Positions 29,706 to 39,927 are shown, counted from the first letter of the stretch. The stretch is 64,000 nt of DNA from an uncultured Armatimonadetes bacterium (GCA_963716175.1 OY970296.1:3104001-3168000), one strand, 5' to 3'. Notes: a model not told the origin generated them from the letters alone. Numbers and translations are program-made.

Positions 29706-30173
29706 TTGAGCATGGTACAACTCAAGGTCGAGGCCGTGGCCCTCGACTGGAAGGGCCACCCTGTGGTGGTGCTGCGCGAGCAGCCCGGACAGCGCGCGGT
29801 CTTCATCTGGGTGGGGCCGGCAGAAGCCACCGCGATCAGCGCCCATCTGGAGGACCAACGCTCCCCCCGCCCCATGACCCATGACCTGATCATGGTCCTG
29901 CTGCGCGAGCTCGGGGCCAAGGTTGACCAGGTGGTGATCACGGACATGCGGCGCAGGACCTACTACGCGGACCTGAAGCTGAACATCAATGATCGCCCGG
30001 TGAGCATTGACTGTCGTCCCAGCGATGCCATCGCGGTGGCGCTGCGCGCCAGCGCCCCTATCTACATTGACGACGATCTGCTCGATCGGCTGGAGGAGTC
30101 ACGCCGGGAGGAGGGCGAGGCCGACCTTACCGAGCCCACGATCGTTGACACCGGCGAGACCACCGTGCACTGA
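29706..30173 (+). CDS. Bifunctional nuclease family protein (DUF151)
   Basis: IWVGPAEATAI, PRPMTHDL, IDCRPSDAIAVALR; upstream TTGACT-N17-TACTCT. Confidence 0.92.
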   Translation: MSMVQLKVEAVALDWKGHPVVVLREQPGQRAVFIWVGPAEATAISAHLEDQRSPRPMTHDLIMVLLRELGAKVDQVVITDMRRRTYYADLKLNINDRPVSIDCRPSDAIAVALRASAPIYIDDDLLDRLEESRREEGEADLTEPTIVDTGETTVH

Positions 30174-30186
30174 GAGGCCGGTCACA

Positions 30187-30468
30187 TCACAGGCAGCGGC
30201 ACGGGACCTGCTGGCACTTGGGGCAACCCGCTGCATACTTGTGCACCGCTTCCTCTAGCTCCACTCCGCAGATGCTGGCCAGCGTGCTGAGCCAGGCGAG
30301 GACATCTGCGAACTCCTCCGCCAGCCGCGCCTGTTCTCCGATCCGCATCGCCCGCGCCAGTTCGCCCACTTCCTCCACGAACCACCGAAAGGTCCCCTCC
30401 AGGCCCCGCGCTCTGTCCTTCTCCAGGTAGACGCGCTCGATCAGCCGCTGAAACTCTCCCACTTGCAT
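30187..30468 (-). CDS. MazG-like nucleotide pyrophosphohydrolase
   Basis: EEVGELA...EEFADVLAWL, C-terminal CPKC...C.C. Confidence 0.88.
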   Translation of the reverse strand: MQVGEFQRLIERVYLEKDRARGLEGTFRWFVEEVGELARAMRIGEQARLAEEFADVLAWLSTLASICGVELEEAVHKYAAGCPKCQQVPCRCL

Positions 30469-30557
30469 CAGTTGCCTCCCACTCGCCGGGCCCACGGAGG
30501 CCGCCAGTCTCGCAGGGTTCGCCGCCCTGCCGGCCCAGCCCCTGCTCGCACCCCCGT

Positions 30558-30587
30558 TTGACAAAGCCGACGGCCGCCTGCTATACT
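30558..30587 (+). promoter_or_regulatory. sigma70 promoter of ffh operon
   Basis: TTGACA-N18-TATACT with TG extension. Confidence 0.65.
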
Positions 30588-30731
30588 GCAAACCCTTGTG
30601 CCGCCCGGCAGACTGGCGCCGGGGAGGGGGGGGCGGATCCACTCTCTCTTCAGCGCGGGCGCGCCCATGGCGACAGGCCCAGAAGGCGACCGGCGGTCCC
30701 TGAGTCTGCCTCTGGGCCGGCGCGCGGCAAT

Positions 30732-32072
30732 ATGTTCGATGGCTTAACCGCGAAACTTCAGAGTATCCTGCGCGGTCTGCGGGGCCGCGGGCGGCTGTCC
30801 GAACAGGACGTCGCCGCCGCCTGCCGGGAGATCCGGCTCGCCCTGCTCGAGGCCGATGTCAACTTCCGCGTCGTGCGCGATTTTGTCAACCATATCAGCC
30901 AGAAGGCTGTCGGCCGGGAGGTGATGGAAAGCCTGGCCCCGGGCCAGCAAGTGGTCAAGATCGTCTATGACGAGCTGACTGAGCTGCTGGGGGCCGCTGC
31001 CAGCGAGCTGGACCTGGGTGGCGAGACGCCGGTGGTCATGATGGTGGGCCTGCAGGGCGGCGGCAAGACCACCACTGCCGGCAAGCTGGCATTGCGACTG
31101 AAGCGAGCGGGCAAACGGCCTCTGCTGGTGGCCACCGATCTGCGGCGCGCGGCGGCGGTGGAGCAGCTCCAGATCGTGGGCCAGCAGGCTGGGGTGCCGG
31201 TGTTCGTGGGCCAGGCGGGCGATGCCGTGCAGATCGCGCGGGCTGCGGTGGAGAAGGCCCGTGCGGAGCAAATGGCGCCGGTGATCATAGACACCGCCGG
31301 CCGCACGCACGTGGACCAGCAGCTGATGGGGGAGCTGACCGCCATGAAGCAGGCGCTCGCCCCGGGTGAGGTGCTGCTGGTGCTGGACGCCATGACCGGG
31401 CAGGACGCGGTGAACGTGGCGGGGCAGTTCGACCAGGCGGTGGGAGTCACCGGGGTGGTGCTGACGAAGCTGGATGGGGACGCGCGGGGTGGAGCTGCGC
31501 TGTCGGTGCGCGCGGTGACCGGTCGGCCCATCAAGCTCGCCGGGGTGGGCGAGAAGCTGGAGGCGCTGGAGGTGTTCCATCCGGATCGGATGGCCTCCCG
31601 CATCCTGGGCATGGGCGACGTGCTCACTCTGGTGGAGCAGGCGGAGGCGGCGCTGGAGGAGCGAGAGGCGCAGGAGCTGGAGCGCCGCCTGAGGGAGAAC
31701 CGGTTCGACCTGAACGACTTTTTGCGGGAGTTGCAGCGGCTGGGTAAGATGGGCTCTCTGGAGCACCTGCTGGGGATGATCCCGGGCCTGCAGGGGCTGC
31801 GCCAGCAGGGGCCGCTGGAGGTGGACCCGAAACGGCTGCATCAGATGACGGCCATCGTGCAGTCTATGACCGCGCGGGAGCGGGAGGAGCCGGATATCAT
31901 TGACGGCAGCCGGCGCCGGCGCATCGCCCAGGGCAGCGGCACCTCCCGCCAGGAGGTGAACCTGCTGCTGAAGCAGTTTCGCCAGATGCGGGCCATGCTG
32001 GCCCAGTTCGCCGAGGCGGAGAAGAGAGGGCGTCTGCCGAAGGGCTTGGGTCTGCCGGGCTTTCGGCCCTGA
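30732..32072 (+). CDS. ffh: Signal recognition particle protein Ffh
   Basis: LLEADVN, GLQGGGKTT, DTAGR, TKLDGDARGG, FHPDRMASRILGMGD, SRRRRIAQGSG. Confidence 0.97.
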   Translation: MFDGLTAKLQSILRGLRGRGRLSEQDVAAACREIRLALLEADVNFRVVRDFVNHISQKAVGREVMESLAPGQQVVKIVYDELTELLGAAASELDLGGETPVVMMVGLQGGGKTTTAGKLALRLKRAGKRPLLVATDLRRAAAVEQLQIVGQQAGVPVFVGQAGDAVQIARAAVEKARAEQMAPVIIDTAGRTHVDQQLMGELTAMKQALAPGEVLLVLDAMTGQDAVNVAGQFDQAVGVTGVVLTKLDGDARGGAALSVRAVTGRPIKLAGVGEKLEALEVFHPDRMASRILGMGDVLTLVEQAEAALEEREAQELERRLRENRFDLNDFLRELQRLGKMGSLEHLLGMIPGLQGLRQQGPLEVDPKRLHQMTAIVQSMTAREREEPDIIDGSRRRRIAQGSGTSRQEVNLLLKQFRQMRAMLAQFAEAEKRGRLPKGLGLPGFRP

Positions 32073-32194
32073 AAAGGTATCGCCAAGCCGGCCCAGCCGT
32101 GGGTCAAGATAGCGGCACTGGGCTTGATGCAGCCCGATGGCGGGTTCGATTAGAGACAGTTAGTGTGCCGGGCCTTCCGGCCTAGGAGGAGAGG

Positions 32195-32539
32195 GTGGCA
32201 GTTCGCATTCGATTGCGTCGTATCGGCAAGAAGAAGCAGCCGCAGTACCGCCTGGTGGCGGCCGAGAGCGCCGGGCCGCGGGATGGACGCTTCATCGAGG
32301 TGATCGGGCACTACAACCCGCGGGTGGACCCCAGCGCGGTAAGGGTCAACGAGGAGCGGGCCCTCTGGTGGCTCCGGCAAGGCGCCCAGCCCTCGGATAC
32401 CGCGCGGTCTCTGCTGATCAAGACTGGGGTTTGGGACGAGTTCGCGCAGGCCGAGCAAGGACCGGCCGCGGAGAGGGGGATAATGGAGGTTCCGCAGGAG
32501 CCGGGGGCGCTGCCAGCGGAAGAAGGGGGGGAGAGCTAG
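32195..32539 (+). CDS. rpsP: 30S ribosomal protein S16
   Basis: VRIRLRRIGKKKQPQYRLV...RDGRFIEVIGHYNP. Confidence 0.97.
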   Translation: MAVRIRLRRIGKKKQPQYRLVAAESAGPRDGRFIEVIGHYNPRVDPSAVRVNEERALWWLRQGAQPSDTARSLLIKTGVWDEFAQAEQGPAAERGIMEVPQEPGALPAEEGGES

Positions 32540-32732
32540 TAGAGGGGGGCTCTCCGCCGGGGCCGCGGCTCGGAGGCGGGGCCCAGCAGTCGGAGTTCAG
32601 TGATGCTGTGAAAGGGGCGAGGGCAGTGGCCGTCTCGGGTGAGCGTTGCGATGCGTGCCCGAGCGGGGCGCGCGGCCGCTCCAGGGCCACCATTGAAGCC
32701 TTGGCCTTAGCGAACTTGCTCGGAGGTGTCAA

Positions 32733-32978
32733 GTGCAGGAACTGGTGACCATGATCGTAAAGGCCCTAGTGGATGAGCCGGAGCGCGTTGTCGTGAATAA
32801 GATTGAGGGTGAGCGCAGCATCATCTTCGAGGTGCGCGTGGCGCCCGACGATCTGGGCAAAGTGATCGGCAAAGGGGGAAGGATCGCCAATGCCTTGCGC
32901 ACTCTGGTGAGGGCGGCGGGAACCAAAGAGCATAAGAGCATCTGGGTGGACATCAACAAGCTGGACAGCGACAGCTAG
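32733..32978 (+). CDS. khpA: KH domain RNA-binding protein (KhpA/YlqC)
   Basis: DLGKVIGKGGRIANALRTLV; follows rpsP. Confidence 0.92.
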   Translation: MQELVTMIVKALVDEPERVVVNKIEGERSIIFEVRVAPDDLGKVIGKGGRIANALRTLVRAAGTKEHKSIWVDINKLDSDS

Positions 32979-33022
32979 CACGCTGGGCGATTAGCAGCCC
33001 CGGGCTCAGAGGGAAGGACAGG

Positions 33023-33433
33023 ATGGGCTTGACTGTTAAGCGATCGGTCGCCGTACAAGCTATCGTAACCGAGCAGTTGAAGGAGGAGCTGAAAGCCGAG
33101 CTGCAAGAGGCGATCGAGGCGACGCAGCGACGGATTGATCAGATGGAATTCCAGAGCCGCCGGTTTCTCGCCGACCTGCAACGCACCGACCTCTCGCAGG
33201 CGATGAGCGCGCGGCGCCAGATCGAGGCCGAGAGACGGCGCCAGGAGGCCCTGGTCGAGGATCTGCGGCGCCAGGCAGAGGAAGCGGAGAAGCTGGAGCT
33301 GGGGAGCGAATTCCCGCGCGGTAACCTGGAGGGGACGGTGGAGCTGAAAGAGGGCGACGACCTCTTTCAGAAGCTGAGCGGCTCTCAGATCGTGATCAAG
33401 GACGGGAAGATCATCGAGCTGCGCGAAGTGTGA
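33023..33433 (+). CDS. YlqD family protein
   Basis: KRSVAVQAIVTE..K...IVIKDGKIIELR; synteny between KH and rimM. Confidence 0.85.
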   Translation: MGLTVKRSVAVQAIVTEQLKEELKAELQEAIEATQRRIDQMEFQSRRFLADLQRTDLSQAMSARRQIEAERRRQEALVEDLRRQAEEAEKLELGSEFPRGNLEGTVELKEGDDLFQKLSGSQIVIKDGKIIELREV

Positions 33434-33447
33434 GCGATCTTGGGCCA

Positions 33448-33492
33448 AAGCGCATTTCATAACCTCCCCTGGGAAGGTTATGAATCAGCTTC
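33448..33492 (+). mobile_element. 45-bp internally deleted copy of the 126-bp element
   Basis: AAGCGCATTTCATAACCTCCCCTGGGAAGGTTATGAATCAGCTTC = left end fused to right hairpin; CA on both sides. Confidence 0.75.
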
Positions 33493-33709
33493 CAATGGCG
33501 TTCGCACAAAGAAGTAATGTGCGAACGCCGCTCTGGGCCCGTCCGAGCAGTTGCCTGAGCTTCGCCCCCTTGCTTCTTTCAGCGAAGCTCACCAGGGGAG
33601 CGGGGCGAGTGCGCCGGACTATCGTGCCCAGTCCTCTCCTGGCTGAGGCGTGAGAGCGGGCGGCCGGGTGCAGGGCTGCGACAGGCGGAGCTCGATAGGG
33701 CAGCAGGCG

Positions 33710-34219
33710 ATGGGGGCAGCAGAGGAGCCATGGAACCTGGTCGTGGGCCGGGTGGTGGCTCCCTTTGGCACCGAGGGCGAAGTGCGGGTGCGGGCGGAGA
33801 CGGATTTCCCCGGCCGCTTCCGGCGCCTGACGCGGGTCTGCCTCGAGTTGCCGAACGGGGAGGAGCGCCTGGTCAGGGTGGTGCAGGCGCGAGTCTCTGC
33901 CAGAGGGATCCTGCTCCGCTTCGAGGGATACCGTAACCGAGATGGGGCGGCCGCGCTGCGGGCCGCCTGGGTGAAGATCAAACCGAGCATGGCCGTGGCC
34001 CTGCCAGAGGGCTCTTTCTACCTCCACCAGGTCATCGGGCTCCGTGCCTTCACCGTGGAGGGCCGCGACCTGGGCGAGATCACGGAGGTGATCAGGACGT
34101 CGGCCAACGACGTCTATGTCACGGCCCATGCTATGATCCCGGCCCTGCGCCAGGTGGTGCGGGAGGTGGATCTGGAGAAGAAGCGCATGATCGTTTCTCT
34201 CCCCGACGAGGAGCTGTAG
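33710..34219 (+). CDS. rimM: 16S rRNA processing protein RimM
   Basis: VGRVVAPFGTEGEVRV, LPEGSFY, ANDVYV, IPAL. Confidence 0.93.
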   Translation: MGAAEEPWNLVVGRVVAPFGTEGEVRVRAETDFPGRFRRLTRVCLELPNGEERLVRVVQARVSARGILLRFEGYRNRDGAAALRAAWVKIKPSMAVALPEGSFYLHQVIGLRAFTVEGRDLGEITEVIRTSANDVYVTAHAMIPALRQVVREVDLEKKRMIVSLPDEEL

Positions 34220-34247
34220 GGCGGCCATGCCGAAGGTATCGCCGCCG
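34216..34247 (+). repeat. GTAG-type REP overlapping rimM stop
   Basis: GTAG GGCGGCCATGCC-GAA-GGTATCGCCGCC. Confidence 0.8.
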
Positions 34248-34297
34248 GCGATTCGCGCCGTCCGCCCACGCAACGCTGATCGCGCACGAGGAGCGAT

Positions 34298-35053
34298 GTG
34301 AGATTCGACGTGGTCACCATCTTCCCGGGCATGTTCGCTCCCGTGCTCGCCGAGAGCATCCTCGGGCGCGCGCAGGCGGCGGGGCTGGTAGACATCCGAG
34401 TGCACGATCTGCGCCGGTTCACCACGGACCGACACCGCACCACCGACGATTACCCCTACGGTGGTGGGGTGGGGATGGTGATGAAACCCGAGCCCTTCTT
34501 CGCCGCGGTCGAAACCCTGCGCCGTCCCCCAGCCGCGGCCTGCTCGGAGGAGGTGGTGTTGCTCTCTCCTCAGGGCGAGCGCCTCCGGCAGCCGCTGGCG
34601 CGAGAGCTGGCCGGTCGCCGCCATCTGATCTTGCTGTGCGGGCACTATGAGGGAGTGGATGAGCGGGTGCGGCAGCACCTGGCGACCCGTGTTATCTCCA
34701 TCGGCGACTATGTGCTGACTGGCGGGGAGCTACCCGCCATGGTGGTGATGGATGCAGTGGCCCGACTGCTCCCGGGGGTGTTAGGCGCGGAGCAGGGCGC
34801 GGAGTCGGATTCCTTCGAGGACGGGCTGCTGGAGTATCCTCAGTATACGCGGCCGGCCGAGTTCAGGGGCTGGCGGGTGCCGGAGGTGCTGCTCTCGGGC
34901 CACCATGAGCAGGTGCGTCGCTGGCGGCGGAAGCAGTCGCTACGTCGCACCCGGGAGCTCCGGCCCGACCTGCTGGCCGCGGCTCGCTTGACCGAAGAAG
35001 ATCGCATTCTGTTGGCGGAGATAGAGCGCGAGCAAGCCGAGCCGGATGGGTGA
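34298..35053 (+). CDS. trmD: tRNA (guanine-N1)-methyltransferase TrmD
   Basis: [43 protein letters not shown]. Confidence 0.97.
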   Translation: MRFDVVTIFPGMFAPVLAESILGRAQAAGLVDIRVHDLRRFTTDRHRTTDDYPYGGGVGMVMKPEPFFAAVETLRRPPAAACSEEVVLLSPQGERLRQPLARELAGRRHLILLCGHYEGVDERVRQHLATRVISIGDYVLTGGELPAMVVMDAVARLLPGVLGAEQGAESDSFEDGLLEYPQYTRPAEFRGWRVPEVLLSGHHEQVRRWRRKQSLRRTRELRPDLLAAARLTEEDRILLAEIEREQAEPDG

Positions 35054-35170
35054 GCGACGTAGCCGTGTGGAGGGCGGGTAGGCTGCGACTCGTGCGGCGC
35101 AGCCTCGGCGAAGGCGGAAGCCTTGGCAGAGCGGGATAGTGGTCGGCCGCTTGCCTGCGCGTGCTCTGTC

Positions 35171-35199
35171 TTGACATAGGGCCGGAGCGTCGGTATCAT
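35171..35199 (+). promoter_or_regulatory. sigma70 promoter of atp operon
   Basis: TTGACA-N17-TATCAT. Confidence 0.7.
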
Positions 35200-35281
35200 T
35201 CCCGCGACACGAACGGTGGGAGGAGTTCTCCAGGCGAGGCGAGAGCCTCGTTGGCTTTTTTTCTGTGCGCGTGAGGCGCGG

Positions 35282-35491
35282 ATGCAGGAACCCATACGCG
35301 CGGCCTGGCTGGTTGCCGGTCTCGCGCTGAGCCTGGGTCTGACTACGGCCCTCGGCGCGCTCTTAGGGCAATACCTGGACGGCCGATGGGGCACCGGGCC
35401 GTGGCTGACTCTGGTGGGGACGCTGACCGGGCTGGGGGCTGGCTTCCTTGAGATGTGGACCATGCTGAGGCGGGTAGCGGGGCCGAAGTGA
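35282..35491 (+). CDS. AtpZ/AtpI family protein
   Basis: LGQYLDGRWGTGPWLTLVG.L.GL.AGF. Confidence 0.85.
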   Translation: MQEPIRAAWLVAGLALSLGLTTALGALLGQYLDGRWGTGPWLTLVGTLTGLGAGFLEMWTMLRRVAGPK

Positions 35492-35642
35492 CGGACCTGC
35501 TCGGCCGGACGCCTGGCGGGCCCGGCGGTGGTTACTGGCGGCACAATGAAGGTATGACTGAGCTCATCTGGGCCGGCCATAGCCCGTTCTCTGAGCTTCA
35601 CCGCGTTCCCGTTTTCGGCGGGGAGCAGTAGGGCAGAACCTG

Positions 35643-36059
35643 ATGCGGGAAGTGGACCAACTCCACATCAGCCTGATCGAGCGAGTCAGCCGCTGGGCGC
35701 TGGTGGTGCTGGTGAGCGCTGGCGGCGGTCTCCTGGTGTTCAGTCCCAAGGCGGCGGCGGGAGTGGCTACCGGGGGAGGGCTGAGCCTGGGTCTGCTCGC
35801 GTTCCACCGCGCACTCGCCAGCAGGTGGCTCCTGTCTGGGCGCGGAAGGGCCCGGCGAGTCGCCTTCTGGGCCCTGTGGCTGCTGAAGTGGCCCTGCCTG
35901 TGCCTGCTTCTCTATCTCGCGCTCAGCCGGGGCTGGGTGGCCGCCGGATGGCTGTGCGCGGGGGCGGGCCTGGTGCCAGCGGTGGCCACCGGCCTGGCCT
36001 TGAGGGCAGTGCTGCTCGATCTATGGCGGGGCCAGCAGCCGATAGGAGTCAAGCCGTGA
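35643..36059 (+). CDS. ATP synthase protein I-like membrane protein
   Basis: Four hydrophobic segments, directly upstream of atpB. Confidence 0.7.
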   Translation: MREVDQLHISLIERVSRWALVVLVSAGGGLLVFSPKAAAGVATGGGLSLGLLAFHRALASRWLLSGRGRARRVAFWALWLLKWPCLCLLLYLALSRGWVAAGWLCAGAGLVPAVATGLALRAVLLDLWRGQQPIGVKP

Positions 36060-36895
36060 CCGCGGGGAGCAAGCGATGGGCAGCAGCAGCCGGGTGCTTG
36101 CTCTTGCTCTCGGCCGGCCCTGCCGCGTTCGCCGAGGAGGCGGCCGGCCCTCACCCGGGCAGCTGGCTGAACTGGCTCTTCGCACTGCGCATCGCCGGGC
36201 ATCCCGTGATCTCCAGCGATGCTGCGCTCGCCTTCGCCTGGTCCCTGGTGGCGATCCTCATCCTCGCTCTGCTCGCGGTGCTCGGCACCCGCCGCCTCTC
36301 CCTCCAGCCCGGCCGCTTCCAGATGCTGCTCGAGATGACGGTGGGGGGACTGCGAGCGATGGTCGAAGGCGTGATGGGCCCGCGGGCCGTCGAGTTCGCG
36401 CCTTTCACCGGCACTCTCTTCATCTACATCGCCGTGATGAACTTGCTGGGTATGGTCCCTGGTTTCATCTCGCCCACCGCCAACCTCAACACCACCGCGG
36501 GCCTGGCGCTGGTAGTTTTCGTGGCCGTCCAGTACCAGGGCCTGCGGGAGCAAGGGGTTGGCTATGTCAAGCACTTCGTGGCTGGAGTGCCGCTTCAGCT
36601 TCCCTTCCTCCTGATGGCGCCGCTGGTGTTCTTCATCCATGTGGTGGGCGAGGTGATGCGGCCCGTCACCCTGGCCCTTCGTCTGTTCGGCAACATCATG
36701 GGCGAGGAGACCGTGGTCCTCAGCCTGATTGCCCTGGTGGTGCCATTGGCGAAAAGGCTCATCCTGATCCCAGTCCAGCTCCCGAACATGCTGCTAGGAT
36801 TGGTGACTGCCTTGGTGCAAGCTCTGATCTTCGCCATGCTGGCGGCTGTCTATCTGACAGGGGTACTGCGGGAGGGGCACGAGGAAGCAAGGTAG
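36056..36895 (+). CDS. atpB: ATP synthase Fo subunit a
   Basis: PTANLNTT, RPVTLALRLFGNI, VQALIFAMLAAVY. Confidence 0.96.
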   Translation: MTAGSKRWAAAAGCLLLLSAGPAAFAEEAAGPHPGSWLNWLFALRIAGHPVISSDAALAFAWSLVAILILALLAVLGTRRLSLQPGRFQMLLEMTVGGLRAMVEGVMGPRAVEFAPFTGTLFIYIAVMNLLGMVPGFISPTANLNTTAGLALVVFVAVQYQGLREQGVGYVKHFVAGVPLQLPFLLMAPLVFFIHVVGEVMRPVTLALRLFGNIMGEETVVLSLIALVVPLAKRLILIPVQLPNMLLGLVTALVQALIFAMLAAVYLTGVLREGHEEAR

Positions 36896-37020
36896 GGCAG
36901 GCCTGCCCCGGGCGCAGCCGAGGGGTCGGGTACCTGCCCCGGCAACCATGCGGTCCTGGTACGCCAAGAGTCGGCAGGACAAGCGACATGCTCGTCCTAA
37001 CAGAGGCAAAGGAGAGGAGA

Positions 37021-37302
37021 ATGCTCTATCTTTTCGGGCTGGCGCTAGCAGGAGGATTGGGAGTAGCGATTGCCGCCTTCGCCGGAGGCCTGGGTCAGGG
37101 GCGCGCCATCGCCGCCGCTCTGGAGGGCACGGCGCGGCAGCCAGAGGCCGGGGGCAGGCTGATGACGGTGCTCATCCTGGGCCTGGCCTTCATCGAGTCC
37201 CTGACTATCTACGCCTTCGTGGTCGGGCTCTTGCTGCTCTCCCGGCTGCCCGCCACCGAGCAGGTGTTGGAAGTGCTGCGGCAGGGCTTGCGCGGGGGCT
37301 AG
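37021..37302 (+). CDS. atpE: ATP synthase Fo subunit c
   Basis: GGLGQG, ARQPEA, LAFIESLTIY. Confidence 0.96.
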   Translation: MLYLFGLALAGGLGVAIAAFAGGLGQGRAIAAALEGTARQPEAGGRLMTVLILGLAFIESLTIYAFVVGLLLLSRLPATEQVLEVLRQGLRGG

Positions 37303-37327
37303 AGGAAGGGGGGCGCGGGGAAGCGAG

Positions 37328-37834
37328 ATGGGGGAAGCACTGAAAGCCTTGGGCCTTGATCCCTCGGTTCTGCTGCTGCAGGTCGTTGCTTTTGTCATCC
37401 TCTACCTGCTGCTGCGGCGATACCTCTTTCGGCCCCTGTTCGCGGTGATGGCCCAGCGCCAGGCCGCGATCAAGGAAGGGCTGGCGGCCGGTGAGCAGGC
37501 CAAGACCGAGCTGGCGCGCATTGACCAGGAAAGAGCACGTCTGCTGGCAGAGGCGCGGGAGCAGGGACGGGAGCAAGTGCGGCAGGCGGTGCGGGAGGGG
37601 GAGCAGGCGCGGGAGCAGATCCTGGCGGAGGCGCGCGTCGAGTCTCAGGAGATGCGGGAGCGGGCCCGCCGCGCCCTGGAGCTGGAGCGCGAGGAGGCCG
37701 CTCTCGCCCTGCGCCGGCAGGTGGTGGAGCTGGCGCTGCTGGCCGCCGATAAGGCGGTGCTTCGCCGCCTGGATGAAGAGACTCACCGGCGGGTGGTAGA
37801 TGATTTCATCGCCAGCCTGGAGCAAGAGCAGTGA
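37328..37834 (+). CDS. atpF: ATP synthase Fo subunit b
   Basis: N-terminal TM, coiled coil, operon position. Confidence 0.93.
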   Translation: MGEALKALGLDPSVLLLQVVAFVILYLLLRRYLFRPLFAVMAQRQAAIKEGLAAGEQAKTELARIDQERARLLAEAREQGREQVRQAVREGEQAREQILAEARVESQEMRERARRALELEREEAALALRRQVVELALLAADKAVLRRLDEETHRRVVDDFIASLEQEQ

Positions 37835-38385
37835 CCAGTCGCCGGGTGGCCGCAAGATATGCCGAAGCGCTGTTCGGGCTGGCCCAGGCCCGCGCCTCGG
37901 TGGAAACAGTGCGAGCCGAGCTGCAGGCCCTGGTGGGGCTGATCGCACAGACCCCGGCCCTGGCCAGCCTGCTCGAACGGCCGGACCTGGAGGCGGAGCG
38001 GAAGCTGGCGGCCGCGACGGCCGCGCTGGAGGGCCAGTTCAGCGCGATCGTGACCTCCCTGCTCGCCGTCCTGCTGCGGCATCGGCGCGGCGACCAAGTG
38101 GGGGCGGTGGCGGAGGCCTTCGCCGAAATGGCCGATGACGCTGCCGGGGTGGTGAAGGCGGAAGCGACCACCGTGGTGCCGCTGACGCCGGTGCAGCGCA
38201 GCCGGCTCACGGGGGCGCTGAGCCGCATCACCGGCCGGCGCGTGGTGCTGGCCGAGCGGGTCGAGCCCGAGGTGCTGGCCGGGGTGAGGGTGCAGGTGGG
38301 AGATCGCTTGATTGACGGCAGCGCGGCCGGTCGCCTGGAGAGAATGCGGGAGCAGCTAGTGGCCGTGGAGGGAGCGAGGCGGTGA
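37831..38385 (+). CDS. atpH: ATP synthase F1 subunit delta
   Basis: [24 protein letters not shown]. Confidence 0.94.
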   Translation: MTSRRVAARYAEALFGLAQARASVETVRAELQALVGLIAQTPALASLLERPDLEAERKLAAATAALEGQFSAIVTSLLAVLLRHRRGDQVGAVAEAFAEMADDAAGVVKAEATTVVPLTPVQRSRLTGALSRITGRRVVLAERVEPEVLAGVRVQVGDRLIDGSAAGRLERMREQLVAVEGARR

Positions 38386-39911
38386 GGATCAGCCCGGACG
38401 AGGTCAGCGCGGTCATCCGCCAGCAGATGGAGCAGTTCGGCGCCGGGGCGGAGATGACCGGCGTGGGCCGCGTGCTCCAGGTAGGAGATGGAGTGGCGCG
38501 GGTGTACGGGCTCCGCGAGGTGATGATGGGGGAAATGGTGGAGTTCCCCGGCGGAGTCTACGGCCTGGCCCACAACTTGGAGGAGGACAACGTCGGCTGC
38601 GTCCTGCTGGGCCGGGATACTGAGATCAAAGAGGGCGACACCGTCAAGACCACCGGGCGCATCATCCAGGTGCCGGCGGGGGATGCCCTGCTGGGGCGGG
38701 TGGTCAATGCCCTGGGCGAGCCGCTGGATGGGAAGGGGCCCATTGCCGCTCGGGAATCTCGGCCCATCGAATCTCAGGCCCCCAGCGTGGTGGAGCGGCA
38801 GCCCGTGAAGGAGCCGCTCCAGACCGGCATCAAGGTGGTTGATGCCATCACCCCCATCGGGCGGGGGCAGAGAGAGCTGATCATCGGCGACCGCCAGACC
38901 GGCAAGACCGCGTTGGTGGTGGATACCATCATCAACCAGAAGGGGCAGAACGTCATCTGCATCTACGTCGCGGTCGGCCAGAAGCTCTCCACCGTGGCGC
39001 GGGTGGCAGACGTGCTGGCCAGGCACGACGCCATGGCCTACACCACTATCGTGGCGGCGACCGCGGACGACCCGGCGCCCCAGCAGTACATTGCTCCTTA
39101 CGCCGGCTGCTCCATGGGCGAGCACTACCGCGACCAGGGCAAGCACGCGCTGGTGGTCTACGATGATCTCACCAAGCACGCCCAGGCCTACCGTCAGATC
39201 TCGTTGCTGCTGCGCCGGCCTCCCGGGCGGGAGGCCTTCCCTGGCGACATTTTCTACCTGCACGCGCATCTGCTGGAGCGGGCGGCGAAGCTGAGCGACG
39301 AGCGCGGCGGGGGTTCGCTCACTGCTCTCCCCATCGTGGAAACCCAGGAGGGCGACTACGCCGCCTACATCCCCACCAATGTGATCTCCATCACCGATGG
39401 CCAGATCTACCTGGAGCGAGACCTCTTCTTCGCCGGGTTCCGGCCGGCGATGAACGTGGGCATCTCCGTCTCGCGGGTGGGGGGCGCGGCCCAGACCCCG
39501 GCCATGAAACAGGTTGCCGGCATGCTCCGGCTGGATATCGCTTACTACCAGGAGCTGCAATCCTTCGCTCAGTTCAGCACGGAGCTGGACGCGGCCACCC
39601 GGGCACAGCTCAACCGCGGGGAGCGGATGATGGAGCTGCTCAAGCAGCCCCAGTACACTCCCATGGCTATGGCCGAGCAGGTGGTGGTGATCTACACCGG
39701 CACTCACGGCTACCTGGACGGGCTCGAGGCGCACCAGGCGGGGCCCTTCGCCGGGCAGCTCGTCACCTTCGTGCGGGAGCGGCATCCCCGGGTGTTGCGG
39801 CAGATTCGGGAGAGCGGCGAGCTGAGCGAGGAGCTGGAGAAGGAGCTGCAGCAGGCCATCCAGGACTGCGTCGCGCGGTTCCGGGGCGAACCGAAAGAAG
39901 CCGCGGCCTGA
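38382..39911 (+). CDS. atpA: ATP synthase F1 subunit alpha
   Basis: [32 protein letters not shown]. Confidence 0.98.
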   Translation: MRISPDEVSAVIRQQMEQFGAGAEMTGVGRVLQVGDGVARVYGLREVMMGEMVEFPGGVYGLAHNLEEDNVGCVLLGRDTEIKEGDTVKTTGRIIQVPAGDALLGRVVNALGEPLDGKGPIAARESRPIESQAPSVVERQPVKEPLQTGIKVVDAITPIGRGQRELIIGDRQTGKTALVVDTIINQKGQNVICIYVAVGQKLSTVARVADVLARHDAMAYTTIVAATADDPAPQQYIAPYAGCSMGEHYRDQGKHALVVYDDLTKHAQAYRQISLLLRRPPGREAFPGDIFYLHAHLLERAAKLSDERGGGSLTALPIVETQEGDYAAYIPTNVISITDGQIYLERDLFFAGFRPAMNVGISVSRVGGAAQTPAMKQVAGMLRLDIAYYQELQSFAQFSTELDAATRAQLNRGERMMELLKQPQYTPMAMAEQVVVIYTGTHGYLDGLEAHQAGPFAGQLVTFVRERHPRVLRQIRESGELSEELEKELQQAIQDCVARFRGEPKEAAA

Positions 39912-39927
39912 GCCGAGAGGAAGAGCT

